A DNA stretch of 64,000 nt from an uncultured Gemmatimonadales bacterium (GCA_963793305.1 CAWBZV010000003.1:256001-320000), one strand, 5' to 3'; counted from the first letter of the stretch, positions 38,759 to 49,467 are shown. The notes: a model not told the origin generated them from the letters alone. A program made the numbers and translations.

Positions 38759-41700
38759 ATGCCGCCGTCGCGTACTGGAGTGCGTTGGCCGTTCGCGGCC
38801 GCACTCATCACGGTCGCGGCGGTGGCCGCGTACCTCGCGTGGTTCCGCACTAGCCCGATCAGCGCTCGGTTCCACCACGAACCCCGCCGGCAACTCGCGG
38901 CGCTCCACCCTGACTCGGCCGAGATGGACGTTGACACCGTCGGCGGCGTCGCGGTCGCGTATCCAGCCACGCACCCCCGATCGGTCCTCGACGTCCCGGT
39001 CGACTCAATGGCGGCCGCGGTGAACGATGGATTTCGGCTCAAACCCGATATCCGGTTCGTCGCGGCCGTCGCGCACATTCACCAGATCCTGACCGACAGC
39101 TCACTCTCGACCGTCACGCTCACGCCAAGCGCGACAGGCTGGGATATTCACTATCGTGGCATGCTCGCGGGCACGCTGCCGGACTTGCCGAGCTTCCACG
39201 ATGGCGAACGCATGCTCACCGCCTGGGCCGCGCGGGTCCGGGCGACCGCGCCCGCTCGAGCCCCAGCTGCGCCGGTCGACACGACGGGCCTGAGCGCCGA
39301 CATTGATGAGTTCGATGCGGTGCACATTGCCCGCACGCTGCAGGCCGTCAACACGCTCTGGACCCAAACGCACGACCCGCGACTCCTGCCGATCGCCGAG
39401 CGCGGCCTCGCGATGTTGACGCTGCAGACGATCGATCTCACCGAGGTCGCCGACGCCGTGCCCACGCAGGCACTCGCGGTCAATGCGCTCGTGCATGGCG
39501 CCGCCGATCGCGTGCTCCTCGCGCGCGAGACGGGTTACTACGGCGAGGCGGTCGCGATGGCCGACAGCCTCGACGCGCACGACGCGGTGCGCCTCTTCCT
39601 CGAGCCCAACTGCGATGGCATCGCCCGAGTCGCCACGCGCAACGGCGCGCCGGCCTTCCCACGTTTCTTGTATCTCGAGTGTCTCGCGTGGGATGGTCAG
39701 CACGCGAACGACCACCGGCGATTCGGCCGGTACGTTCGCGCCCATTATGACTTTCGTGAGAAACAACTCCCGATCTTCAGCGTCACGTTGGGCGCGGGAG
39801 ACTTTAGCTGGGATGCGCGCGTTCCCGCAATCATCCCGTGGATCGCCGCGATCGACCTGTCGCGGATGACGCACCGCCGATTCAACATGGATACCACGTT
39901 CGTCCACTGGGTCTCTCGCGTCGCGCAACAAGTCCAACACAAGGAAGCCCGTCACGGCAGGGTGATGCCGATTCCAGCCGCCGAGGCCCTCCAAGAGATC
40001 GTGCGCGCGGAGTCGGTGTTGGATACCCTGTTCCCGGGACCCCTCGCGGACGCATCGACGATTCGGGACTACTTCCGCGCGCATCTGGACGGCGCGGTCA
40101 AAACGGCGTGCGATCACGAGCTCGACGAGTACAACCAACTGGCGGGCGCAGCCGATGTCGCGGCCGAATACGCCGACGCCCCGCGCGATGCCGGCGGCGA
40201 AGTCGCGCGGTGGTGCTTGCACGCCGTGGCCGCCGAGCGCGACCCGACGCAGCCGAACGATTTCCTCGCCGACGCCCGCGACCCCGCGCTGGGCAGAACC
40301 TTGCGTCTCGATGCGCTCGAGCGCGTCGAGAGGGCGGGCGCCGCTCACGAAGATGAGGTGCGGTTCGGCGCAGCATACCTCGTGTCACAACTCGACAGCC
40401 GACCCAGTACGCTCTGGGAGATCGCCTATCGCCTGGAGTGGACTCCCCGGGCGCTCGATGTCGCTGAGCAGTTGTACCGCCGGTATTCGACACTCGTGCC
40501 CACGCCGGGCCGAACGTTCAACGGCGCGTTTGCCGATGCCGACGGTGACGGCGCGGCGTTGGTTGGCATCGCCACGGACGCGCACCAGGAGGTGAGTGAG
40601 CGTCTCTGGGCGCTGAACGCCGCGGTCCACGACAGCCTCATCTCCGGCACTGCCGCGCGCGCAATCTACGCGCGGCTGGTCGGGCTCGCGCCGGATCTGT
40701 GGGACGTACGCGAACCATACGTCGAGCTGCTGGAACATTTGCACGACTACGCGGCCGCGACCGCCGTCGTCCGCGACTGGATCGCGGTGGCACACCGCGA
40801 CACGCTGAGCGACGAGTTCGATTGGTCCGCCGCGCACGTGGCGCTGGCTCGCATTCTCGAAGCCCAAGGCCGCAGCGAGGCGGCGTGGAAGACCATCGAG
40901 CCGTTCATCGGCCCCGCCATTGGAGGCGCGGTGGGTAACGCGGCGCTGATCGCCGAGCATTGCGGCTGCGAGCAGTGTCAGATCGATGCGGACTCGCTGA
41001 CGGCGTGGGAGACGCGAACGTATCCCAACTACCCCGAAGAGCACGCGACACGACTGTACGTCCTCTGGCATCAGGGGCGATACGCTGAGGCCGCGGATCA
41101 CCTCGCGGCGCTGGGAAGTGGGTGGACGAACCATGAATGGAGCGAGAAAATCGGACGGATGTTCGTCCGTGCGTTCAGCGAGCGCGGCGTCGCGGCCGAG
41201 GTCGAGGCGGTCGGTGCGATGACAAAGGCCGGCATCCCCCTATGGGATATCGGCGCTCTCGCGCGCGTGGCCGACGAAATGGACCGGCCGGATCTGGCGT
41301 TCATGCTCCAGTCGCGGTTGCATCGCGACAACGAAGGCGTGGACCACTCGGTCGGACCCCGATTGATGGCGTACAAGTATCTGATGCACTGGAAGGGCGC
41401 CGATACGGCACGCGAGTGGCTCAAGGCCGTGGTGCCGCGACCGATGGACGATGCCCTCGCGGACGATTTCTTTACGTTCGACTCGACGGACGTCCTCATC
41501 TGGACGTGGCCGGAACCGGACTCGGTCAGTGTCGCGGTATGGCTCGCCCGGGCAGCTGCCTCAGTGCAGCGACACGATCCCGACCCGCACCACGCTCAGC
41601 TCGTGGCGTATTTCTCGGATCCATCGCACGCGCTGTTCGCGCCCGAAGGGGACAGCGCCTATTACACGATGGGGCGCTATCTCCTTGGCCTCACCGACGA

Positions 41701-41932
41701 GAAGGCCATGTTTGCCGCCATGACCACGCCGCAGCATCGGTGCGAGGGTGCCTATTACATCGGCCTGCGTGCGCATCACGAAGGGCGGTACGTCGACGCA
41801 GTCGACTGGTTTCGCGCATTGGTCGACACGCACCTCAAGAGCAACGGCGAGTGGTTCTGGGCCGACTACGCGCTCAGCGCCTGGAACGACACCGGGAAGA
41901 ACCTGAGCTATATCGCACGACGACGCCTATAG
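38759..41932 (+). CDS. large membrane-anchored helical-repeat (TPR-like) hypothetical protein
   Basis: N-terminal TM helix; Ala-rich helical repeats; NlpI-like C-terminus CEGAYYIG. Confidence 0.7.
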   Translation: MPPSRTGVRWPFAAALITVAAVAAYLAWFRTSPISARFHHEPRRQLAALHPDSAEMDVDTVGGVAVAYPATHPRSVLDVPVDSMAAAVNDGFRLKPDIRFVAAVAHIHQILTDSSLSTVTLTPSATGWDIHYRGMLAGTLPDLPSFHDGERMLTAWAARVRATAPARAPAAPVDTTGLSADIDEFDAVHIARTLQAVNTLWTQTHDPRLLPIAERGLAMLTLQTIDLTEVADAVPTQALAVNALVHGAADRVLLARETGYYGEAVAMADSLDAHDAVRLFLEPNCDGIARVATRNGAPAFPRFLYLECLAWDGQHANDHRRFGRYVRAHYDFREKQLPIFSVTLGAGDFSWDARVPAIIPWIAAIDLSRMTHRRFNMDTTFVHWVSRVAQQVQHKEARHGRVMPIPAAEALQEIVRAESVLDTLFPGPLADASTIRDYFRAHLDGAVKTACDHELDEYNQLAGAADVAAEYADAPRDAGGEVARWCLHAVAAERDPTQPNDFLADARDPALGRTLRLDALERVERAGAAHEDEVRFGAAYLVSQLDSRPSTLWEIAYRLEWTPRALDVAEQLYRRYSTLVPTPGRTFNGAFADADGDGAALVGIATDAHQEVSERLWALNAAVHDSLISGTAARAIYARLVGLAPDLWDVREPYVELLEHLHDYAAATAVVRDWIAVAHRDTLSDEFDWSAAHVALARILEAQGRSEAAWKTIEPFIGPAIGGAVGNAALIAEHCGCEQCQIDADSLTAWETRTYPNYPEEHATRLYVLWHQGRYAEAADHLAALGSGWTNHEWSEKIGRMFVRAFSERGVAAEVEAVGAMTKAGIPLWDIGALARVADEMDRPDLAFMLQSRLHRDNEGVDHSVGPRLMAYKYLMHWKGADTAREWLKAVVPRPMDDALADDFFTFDSTDVLIWTWPEPDSVSVAVWLARAAASVQRHDPDPHHAQLVAYFSDPSHALFAPEGDSAYYTMGRYLLGLTDEKAMFAAMTTPQHRCEGAYYIGLRAHHEGRYVDAVDWFRALVDTHLKSNGEWFWADYALSAWNDTGKNLSYIARRRL

Positions 41933-41980
41933 CCCAAATCGGCGATTGCGCGATGCGGGGCCGCTGGCGAAACTCCGCGC

Positions 41981-42499
41981 ATGTCGATTCCTACAGTCGC
42001 CGAGTACGCCGGCGGGCTCCCGGCGTTCGAACGCCTGACGAACGCGTTCTATGCAAAAGTCGTCAAGGATCCGATTCTCGCCCCGGTGTTCGCCCAGATG
42101 GGCCCGGATCACCCAAAGCACGTTGCCGCATTCATCGCCCAAGGATTCGGAGCGGGCCCGACGTACTCCGGCGCTGGATCAGAGAACGCCGCGATGCGAG
42201 ACATGGTTCAGCACCACGTGGGCCGCCACCTGACGGAGCAACAACGCCACCGTTGGGTGACGCTGATCAACGAGGCCGCGGACGAAGTGGGGCTGCCAAA
42301 CGATCCGGAATTTCGCTCAGCGTTCGCGGCCCATATCGAATGGGGCACCCGCATCGCCGTGATGAACTCGGCGTCCGATTCCAACCCGACGGGCCCGAAC
42401 GATCACATCCCGCGCTGGGACTGGGGCTCGGTTCGCGGCCCGTTCGAGAGTGTGGGAAGCATTTGCGCATTCCCCACCGACGAGAAAATTATCCCTTGA
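41981..42499 (+). CDS. group II truncated hemoglobin
   Basis: AGG..AFERLTNAFY, DPILAPVF, proximal His region HHVGRHLTEQQRHRWV. Confidence 0.85.
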   Translation: MSIPTVAEYAGGLPAFERLTNAFYAKVVKDPILAPVFAQMGPDHPKHVAAFIAQGFGAGPTYSGAGSENAAMRDMVQHHVGRHLTEQQRHRWVTLINEAADEVGLPNDPEFRSAFAAHIEWGTRIAVMNSASDSNPTGPNDHIPRWDWGSVRGPFESVGSICAFPTDEKIIP

Positions 42500-43109
42500 G
42501 CGCCGGCGCGCCGTGCTGCTCGACCGCTTCGACGGCACGGCGCAACTCCCCGAGAATCGGCGCCTCGAATCCCACCTCGTCCAGCCGATCGCATACCGTC
42601 CGGTAATAGCGGATCGTCCCTTCGCGCCCACGCGAGATACGGGACCAGACCGTCTCGGGGTACTCCGTGCGCTTGAGGTCAGCGAGCACAGTCCCGATGC
42701 TGTGCAGCGCGTCGGCCGCGCACACCCAACGCGCATTGGTCGATGCGCTCGCCAGACGCGCAACGGCATCGCGCTTGCGCTCCTCCGGCGAGAGCTCGAC
42801 GCCGTCATCATCGTTTCGCCGCTCGGTGACCGCGAGCGCGGTCTCGAGCACCGGCCGTCCAAACTTGTTCCCGATCCACTCGTCGAGCTCATCGCGCGTA
42901 TACCCATCACGCACGGACCCTTCGATGACCCCGTGCAGAATGCCCGCCAGCACGGTGTCCTCGGACTGTCCGTAGCGCGTGAGGATCACGGCCACGTTCG
43001 CCGGACGCGTCAGGTACGGCAGCGCCGTCCCTTTGCGGACCTGCGTATCGTGATGCTTCGCCGCAAACGCGAACGCGTGGTTGATGCGGTCGGAATAACC
43101 GGTTGTCAT
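42489..43109 (-). CDS. HD-domain protein, (p)ppGpp hydrolase (SAH/Mesh1)-like, with degenerate motifs
   Basis: AFAAKHH..QVRKG..PY, but LHGVIEG instead of LHDxxED. Confidence 0.8.
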   Translation of the reverse strand: MTTGYSDRINHAFAFAAKHHDTQVRKGTALPYLTRPANVAVILTRYGQSEDTVLAGILHGVIEGSVRDGYTRDELDEWIGNKFGRPVLETALAVTERRNDDDGVELSPEERKRDAVARLASASTNARWVCAADALHSIGTVLADLKRTEYPETVWSRISRGREGTIRYYRTVCDRLDEVGFEAPILGELRRAVEAVEQHGAPALKG

Positions 43110-43123
43110 GGGGGTCGTCGAAT

Positions 43124-43564
43124 CTAAACGAATCCACGCACGATCGCGAGGAATCGTTCGTCGAGCGCGAGCAGCGCCGCTCCCTGCACTATAATTCCCA
43201 GACCGGCACCGACGCCGCCGAGCCGCCGTCCATGCGTCCATCCCAATGTCGTCAGCACCAGCGTCACCCCAATGGCGATGCATCCCACGTCGAGCCCGGT
43301 CTCGAACCGCATGTGTTGGCCGAGCCGCGTCGCCGCGCTCAAGTCCCGAAGCACGAGACCCGACAGCGCGACGGCCGCGACCGTCGCTTCAAATACCCCG
43401 AAGGCGATCGTTTGCATCGCGAACGCGCTCAGCAGCGCCGAGGTCCACCGTCGCACGGTGAGCACCGCCAGCACGGCGGTCCCGGCGAGGACGCACGTGA
43501 GCGCCCACACCAAGACCCGAATCAGATGCGCTTTCTCCGCGGCCATCAACGTATCCGCCCACAT
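43124..43564 (-). CDS. membrane protein
   Basis: Starts MWADTL; four hydrophobic helices. Confidence 0.7.
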   Translation of the reverse strand: MWADTLMAAEKAHLIRVLVWALTCVLAGTAVLAVLTVRRWTSALLSAFAMQTIAFGVFEATVAAVALSGLVLRDLSAATRLGQHMRFETGLDVGCIAIGVTLVLTTLGWTHGRRLGGVGAGLGIIVQGAALLALDERFLAIVRGFV

Positions 43565-45149
43565 GTCGGATAGTTTACAGCGCTGGGCCGAGACTGCCGA
43601 GGCGGTGCGCGCAACGACCAAGCGCCTGGAGAAGAGCGCGTTTGTCGAACGCTACCTGGCCTCGCTCGACAGCGAGTCGCTCGCCATCGCCGCGCGATTC
43701 TTCTCCGGCGTCGTGTTCGCCCGCCATGACGCGCGCACCACCCAAGTTGGCGGCTCGATCGTCTGGGAAGCGCTCGGCGCCATCACCGGTCACGCCGCCG
43801 ACCAGCTCGGCGCTCGTTATCTCGCGCACGGTGATCTCGGCGACCTGACGGGCGAGCTGCTCGCCGAGCGGCCGCCGTCGGGCATGACACTGGAAGCCGT
43901 CGCTGCGCGCTTCGCACAGCTTGCCGCGGCGAAGGGCACGAATGCCCGTCGGGCGCTCATTCGCGAGTGGCTCGCCACACTCGGCGGCATGGAAGCCCGA
44001 TTTGTCGTCAAGCTCCTCGGCGGCGAGTTGCGCATCGGGCTCAAGGAAGCCCAGGTCGAAGAGGCCCTCGCGCGAGCGTTCGGTCGGCCGCTGGTGTCGA
44101 TTCGCCGCGCGAACCTGCTGCGCGGCGATATCGGGGAAGTCGCACAAATGGCGCGCGACGGTACGCTCGAACACGCGGCGCTCGCGCTGTTCCATCCGAT
44201 CGGATTCATGCTCGCCGCGGCGCACGGGACGCCAGCGTTCCCCTGTGCGATTGAGAACAAGTACGATGGCATCCGCGCTCAGGCGCACCTGGCTAAGGCC
44301 AAAGTCGCGCTGTTCTCGCGCACGCTCGACGACATCACGCGAGGCTATCCCGACGTGGTCGCCGCACTTTCGCCGCTGACATCCACGGCCGGACTCGTGC
44401 TCGACGGGGAGCTCGTCGCAAGCTCCTTCCTCGCGCTGCAGCAGCGACTGGGTCGCAAGGCGCCAAGTGAAGCTCTCATTCTGGAAGTGCCGGTGACGTT
44501 CACGGTCTTCGACATCCTCGCCCAGGACGCGGCTCTCGTCATCGACGAGCCATACTCCGAGCGGCGCCGCCGCCTGGAGGCACTCGGATCGATCCGCCTC
44601 GCGCCGGTGGAAGGGGCAGAGACCGCGGACGATATCGAGGCCGCATTCACGCGAGCCCGAGAGGCGGGCAACGAAGGCCTCGTCATCAAGGACCTGAGCT
44701 CCCCCTACACACCCGGCCGTCGCGGCAAGACGTGGATCAAGCTCAAACGCGCCGAGGACACGCTCGACGTTGTCGTCACGGCCGTCGAGCGCGGACACGG
44801 CAGGCGGCGCGACGTACTCTCCGATTACACGTTCGCCGTTCGCACATCAGAAGATGACCCGACGCTGCTCGACGTTGGCAAAGCCTACAATGGCTTGACC
44901 GACGCCGAGATCGCGTCACTCACCAAGACATTCGAGGCACTGACGATCACGAAGCACGGTGGCTATCACGTCGTACGCCCCGAGATCGTGCTCGAGGTCA
45001 CGTTCGACATTGTGCAGCCATCAAAGCGCCACGCCGCGGGCTATGCGCTGAGGTTCCCCCGCATCGTGCGCGTGCGCGATGACAAGACGGTGGCCGAGAT
45101 CGACACGCTCGATCGGGTACGCGCGTTGGCGTCTACCGCCGCGGAGTGA
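43563..45149 (+). CDS. ATP-dependent DNA ligase
   Basis: ENKYDGIR (motif I), LDGEL, FDIL, EGLVIK, WIKLK and LRFPR motifs. Confidence 0.93.
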   Translation: MSDSLQRWAETAEAVRATTKRLEKSAFVERYLASLDSESLAIAARFFSGVVFARHDARTTQVGGSIVWEALGAITGHAADQLGARYLAHGDLGDLTGELLAERPPSGMTLEAVAARFAQLAAAKGTNARRALIREWLATLGGMEARFVVKLLGGELRIGLKEAQVEEALARAFGRPLVSIRRANLLRGDIGEVAQMARDGTLEHAALALFHPIGFMLAAAHGTPAFPCAIENKYDGIRAQAHLAKAKVALFSRTLDDITRGYPDVVAALSPLTSTAGLVLDGELVASSFLALQQRLGRKAPSEALILEVPVTFTVFDILAQDAALVIDEPYSERRRRLEALGSIRLAPVEGAETADDIEAAFTRAREAGNEGLVIKDLSSPYTPGRRGKTWIKLKRAEDTLDVVVTAVERGHGRRRDVLSDYTFAVRTSEDDPTLLDVGKAYNGLTDAEIASLTKTFEALTITKHGGYHVVRPEIVLEVTFDIVQPSKRHAAGYALRFPRIVRVRDDKTVAEIDTLDRVRALASTAAE

Positions 45150-46765
45150 TCGGCGCCGAATCAGAGTCCCAGAGGACGACGCCCGCGAGCCGCATACCTG
45201 AGCTCTTGAGGCTCTCGACCGAGGCGCTGAGACGTTCGAGCGATGTGTACGCGATCCGCGCACACATGACGACCGCCGCGCCGGGAAGAACGCTCGCCGG
45301 TCCGATCTGCGATACGCTCTCAGGTGCCACCACGATCATGAGATCGTACCGTCGCGCCAGGCGCGCGAGATCATCGCGCAACGCGCGACCAGCGGCCGCC
45401 GGCGGAGAGCTGATTGGGATCTGCGCGCTGCCAGCCGGGATGACGTTCGAGCCGCAGATCGCGCCCGATGACGACCGTCACGATCGCGTCGGCCCACGCC
45501 ACGAGCCCGCCGAGCACGTCAGCGACGCCTGGAGCGATGCGGGCGCCGACGATATGCGTTGCGGGAGCGGCCGCGTACTCCGCGTCCACCAGTAGCGTGT
45601 TTCGGGAGTCATAGACGGCCGCGACCGCAATGTTCGACGCGACCGTGGCGACGACCTCGGATTCGTCGCCAGCGATCGTCACGATCGGCAACTCGGACGC
45701 CTGTCGATCGCCGACGAGCTCCAGATACAACAAGCGATACTCGGCCGACGTCGCGTCGATCAACGGCGACAGCGCGCTATCCGTCGAACGACGCATCCGC
45801 TCCGGATGTGGCCGCGGAGGCGACAGCACCGCGAGCGTCCGCGCGCCGGTCAACCGCTCGGCCTCGTTCCGATCGGCCACGCGCGGCTGCGCCACCTCGA
45901 TGCCGAACGTCACGGCAAACCCTATGGCCGCTCCGAGCACGAGCGCCGCGGCGAGCAACGCAATCGGCGGCGCGCTGACGTTGGCGAGCTCGCGCGCGCG
46001 TTCGACCCGCTGATCGAGCACTCCGGTGTAGACGCGCGCTCCGCCGAGGGCGATCTCGGCCGCCGAGTCGACGGCCAGAAGCGAATCGAGCTTCCGGTGA
46101 GCGCGCAACGTCTCGGCCGCTACCGCCGGCGCCGAAGGCAGCGAGCCGCCGAGGACGGCGACCTGATTGCGCAACGACGCGCGCTTGGCCTCGGCGACGT
46201 TGAGCAGCGAGCGCCCAATCGCGTTCATGCGCGCGGTGAGCGCGACGTAGATCGGATCGACGCCACCGCTGGTCGTGCTGAATGCTTCTCGCGCCCGAAT
46301 AATGTCGTCGAGCGAATCCCCGAGCACCTTGACTCTCGCTTCGCCGCGCAGCGCGCGCGCCTGAGCAACCGCGCGATACGACGCCGGCAGTGGGGAGAGC
46401 TCGGCGTGAGCGGTGACGCGAGTCAGCTCGGCGATGCCGGCCGCCAGCGAATCACGTCGAGCGGCAAGCGCGGGCGGCAGCGTATCGGCCGCCGCGATGC
46501 GTAGCGCGCGGGTGCGCGTGCGGCCGAGCGCCGAGTCGGCGGCCTTGGCGCCAGCTTGGGCCGCCAACGCCCGGCGAATGAGCAGCGTCGTGTCGGGATA
46601 GTCTTCGGGCCGCGGCGTAAGGACACGCGCGGCCCGATTGGCCTGGCGCGGGATCAGCACGAGCGTCACGAGTGCCGTCAAGAAGACCGCGACGCTCACG
46701 CCCCCAATGCGCAGCGGGCGGCGGAGCGCATTCCGCGCCCGCGCCGCCAGCCATGTTGAACGCAC
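45133..46765 (-). CDS. Wzz/Wzc-like chain-length regulator with a degenerate kinase-like domain (one +1 frameshift at ~45445)
   Basis: Two TM helices flanking a coiled coil; EYRLLY, TLLVDAE, PGVADVL and RYDL...GVVL motifs. Confidence 0.6.
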
Positions 46766-46781
46766 CAGTCGAGTGGTGGTC

Positions 46782-47309
46782 CTACTGGACCGTGATCACA
46801 CCCTTCATGCCGAGCGCCAGGTGCGGCGTGCAGTAGAAGTGATACGTCCCAGCCTTCGTTCCCGCGAAGGAGACCGTGTACGTGTCGTTCGCGTTGATGA
46901 GCAGCGGACCCGTCAGCGGCGAGGTCGTATTCGGCATGTTCGCGTTCAACTGCGCGCTCGCGGCCGCCGGAATGCTGTCCGCGAAGAACGTCACGTTGTG
47001 CGGACCGCCGGTGACGTTGGTGAACTTGATGCCGTCGCCCACCTTGACCGTGATGGTCGCGGGATCGAAGCGATAGCCTTGGGCATCGCCGATCATCTTC
47101 ACTTCGACAGTCTTGCCCGTAATCGGCGCCGCGGCCATGGTGGCACCACCCGCGGGCGCTGCTGCGCCACCGGCGGGCGCCGCCGTGGCAGTGGCTGCCG
47201 CCGTCGTATCGGCCGGCTTGGCCGCGTTGTTGTCAGCAGTCTTATCACCGCCGCCGCACGCACCGAGCGCCATTACGCTCGCCGCGAGCACCAGCTTATT
47301 TCTCAGCAT
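46782..47309 (-). CDS. plastocyanin/azurin family blue-copper lipoprotein
   Basis: Lipobox LGAC; PHNV and YCTPHLALGM type-1 copper ligands. Confidence 0.92.
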   Translation of the reverse strand: MLRNKLVLAASVMALGACGGGDKTADNNAAKPADTTAAATATAAPAGGAAAPAGGATMAAAPITGKTVEVKMIGDAQGYRFDPATITVKVGDGIKFTNVTGGPHNVTFFADSIPAAASAQLNANMPNTTSPLTGPLLINANDTYTVSFAGTKAGTYHFYCTPHLALGMKGVITVQ

Positions 47310-47366
47310 GTTAAAAAGCCTCCAGTGTCGTTCGCTTCGTTCACTTTTTTGCCCACATGTAGCGCT

Positions 47367-47382
47367 TGTGAAGTTATTCACA
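47367..47382. promoter_or_regulatory. CRP-type binding site
   Basis: Perfect TGTGA-N6-TCACA between the cupredoxin gene and the his leader. Confidence 0.7.
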
Positions 47383-47406
47383 AATGACTAGATTTTCCAG
47401 CCACTG

Positions 47407-47496
47407 ATGCAAACAACGCTCCGGCACCATCATCACGCGCATCGCCACGGCCCGACGGGTCGCGGCGCTCTCGTGCGTGAGTGGATGATGGGCTAG
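47407..47496 (+). CDS. hisL: histidine operon leader peptide
   Basis: MQTTLRHHHHAHRHGPTGRGALVREWMMG with 6 His codons, directly upstream of a terminator and hisG. Confidence 0.85.
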   Translation: MQTTLRHHHHAHRHGPTGRGALVREWMMG

Positions 47497-47529
47497 CGCC
47501 CCGACACTTCCAACCTGAGCAGCCACGCG

Positions 47530-47556
47530 GCCCGTCCATAAGGACGGGCTTTTTTT
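47530..47556 (+). terminator. his attenuator terminator
   Basis: GCCCGTCC-ATAA-GGACGGGC plus T7; antiterminator 47454-47464 pairs with 47526-47536. Confidence 0.88.
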
Positions 47557-48396
47557 ATGCTACGAATCGCTTTACCCAACAAGGGTCGATTGGCCGACGA
47601 AGCGCGCGCGCTCTTCGCCGAGGCTGGCCTTGGCGTGCGCGCCCTGGGTGACCGTGCGCTTACTGCCTCGCTCGGCGGCGAGTTCCAGGCGCTCTTCGTG
47701 CGCGCACAGGATGTCGCCGAGTTCGTCGCCGACGGCGCGGCTGACGCCGGTGTTACGGGGTGGGATCTCGTGGCCGAGTCCGATCGCGCGCTCGAGACGT
47801 TACTCGATCTCGAGTTCGGGCGATGCCGACTCGTCGTCGCATCGCACGAGGAGAGCGGCATCATGTCGCTCGACGATATCACCGATCATCGCGTGGCGAC
47901 GGTCTTTCCGCGCCTGACTCGCAATTACTTCGAGTCGCTCGGCCGCCCGGTCTCGATCGTCCCAGTCTCGGGCGCCGCCGAGGTGGCACCACACTTGGGG
48001 ATCGCCAACGTCATCGTCGATCTCGTCTCGACGGGCTCGACGCTCAAGACCAACGGTCTGCGCGAGCTTGCGACGGTACTCGAATCGAGCGCCCGGCTCA
48101 TCGCCGGGAAGCAGCGTGCCGATCTCGAAGATCTCGTGACTGCACTCGACTCCGTCGTACGTGGCCGCGCCAAACGATATCTGATGGCCAACGTTCCACG
48201 CGCTGTCCTGGACCGCGTCACCGCCGTGTTGCCGGGCCTCAACGGCCCAACGGTCATCGACATCATGAACGGCCACGACATGGTGGCCGTCCACGCCGTG
48301 GTGCCAGCAGACGGCATCTATCGGACGATAGCCGCGCTCAAAGGCCTGGGCGCCGAGGGCATTCTCGTCACTCGCATCGAACGGCTCCTGCCATGA
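47557..48396 (+). CDS. hisG: ATP phosphoribosyltransferase (long form)
   Basis: IALPNKGRL and DLVSTGSTL motifs; C-terminal regulatory domain. Confidence 0.95.
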   Translation: MLRIALPNKGRLADEARALFAEAGLGVRALGDRALTASLGGEFQALFVRAQDVAEFVADGAADAGVTGWDLVAESDRALETLLDLEFGRCRLVVASHEESGIMSLDDITDHRVATVFPRLTRNYFESLGRPVSIVPVSGAAEVAPHLGIANVIVDLVSTGSTLKTNGLRELATVLESSARLIAGKQRADLEDLVTALDSVVRGRAKRYLMANVPRAVLDRVTAVLPGLNGPTVIDIMNGHDMVAVHAVVPADGIYRTIAALKGLGAEGILVTRIERLLP

Positions 48397-49467
48397 CGAT
48401 CGCGACTGACACCGCGGCCATCATCGCGCGCGTGCGCGAGGACGGCGACAAAGCCCTGTTCGCCCTCGCGCGCGAGCTCGATGGCGTGACGCTCGAAGCG
48501 CTCGAAGTGCCGGCCGGCGCTTCTATCTCGTCGTCGCTCCAGGCAGGCAATGTCGCGCGCTATAGCGAACTTACGCACGGCGCACACGGCGTTCGCGCCG
48601 AAAGCGGTCGAGGTCGAGACAGAACCGGGCGTGATTGTCGGCCGCCGACCGGATCCGCTGGCGCGGGTCGGCATATACGCGCCCGGCGGGCGCGCAACGT
48701 ATCCGAGTAGCCTGCTGATGGGCGCGATCCCAGCGAGAGTGGCTGGCGTACGCGAGGTCATCGTGTGCTCCCCGCGACCATCGGCCGCGCTGTTGGCGGC
48801 AGCCGAGATGGCCGGCGTCGATCGAGTCTTCGCGGTCGGTGGCGCTGGCGCGATCGCCGCCATGGCGTATGGCACCGACACCATCCCGCGCGTCGACAAG
48901 ATCGTCGGCCCGGGCAACGCGTACGTGGCCGAGGCAAAGCTGCAACTCGCGGGTGTCGTCGCGAGCGAGGCACCCGCGGGCCCAAGCGAGCTACTCGTCA
49001 TCGCCGACGAGACTGCCGATCCCGCTGTCATCGCGCGGGAGATGGCGGCGCAGGCCGAACACGACCCGCGAGCCCGGGTGGCCGTCGTCACGGTCGGCCG
49101 CGATGTGGCGTCGATCGACGACGCGATTGCGTTCGCGAACGAGTGGGCGCCTGAGCATTTGCTATTGGCGGTCGCCGATCCGATGGCCGCGTTCGCCCGA
49201 ATCCGTAACGCCGGCGCGGTATTTCTCGGCGAGACGAGCTCGGTCACGTTTGGCGACTACCTGACGGGCGCGAATCACGTGTTGCCCACCGGCGGGTGGG
49301 CGCGATCGTACTCCGGTCTCTCGACGCAGGATTTCGTGCGGTGGACGAGCTACACGCGCGTCGATCGCGCGGCCGCCGCGCGATTGGCCGTTGATACCGC
49401 CGTGTTCGCCGAGGCTGAAGGGCTGAGCGCGCACGCGAGCGCCGCGCGGGCGTGGGAGGCACGATGA
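48393..49467 (+). CDS. hisD: histidinol dehydrogenase (one +1 frameshift at ~48546)
   Basis: GIYAPGG, DKIVGPGNAYV, AGPSE, QAEHD, APEHL and GANHVLPT motifs. Confidence 0.92.
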
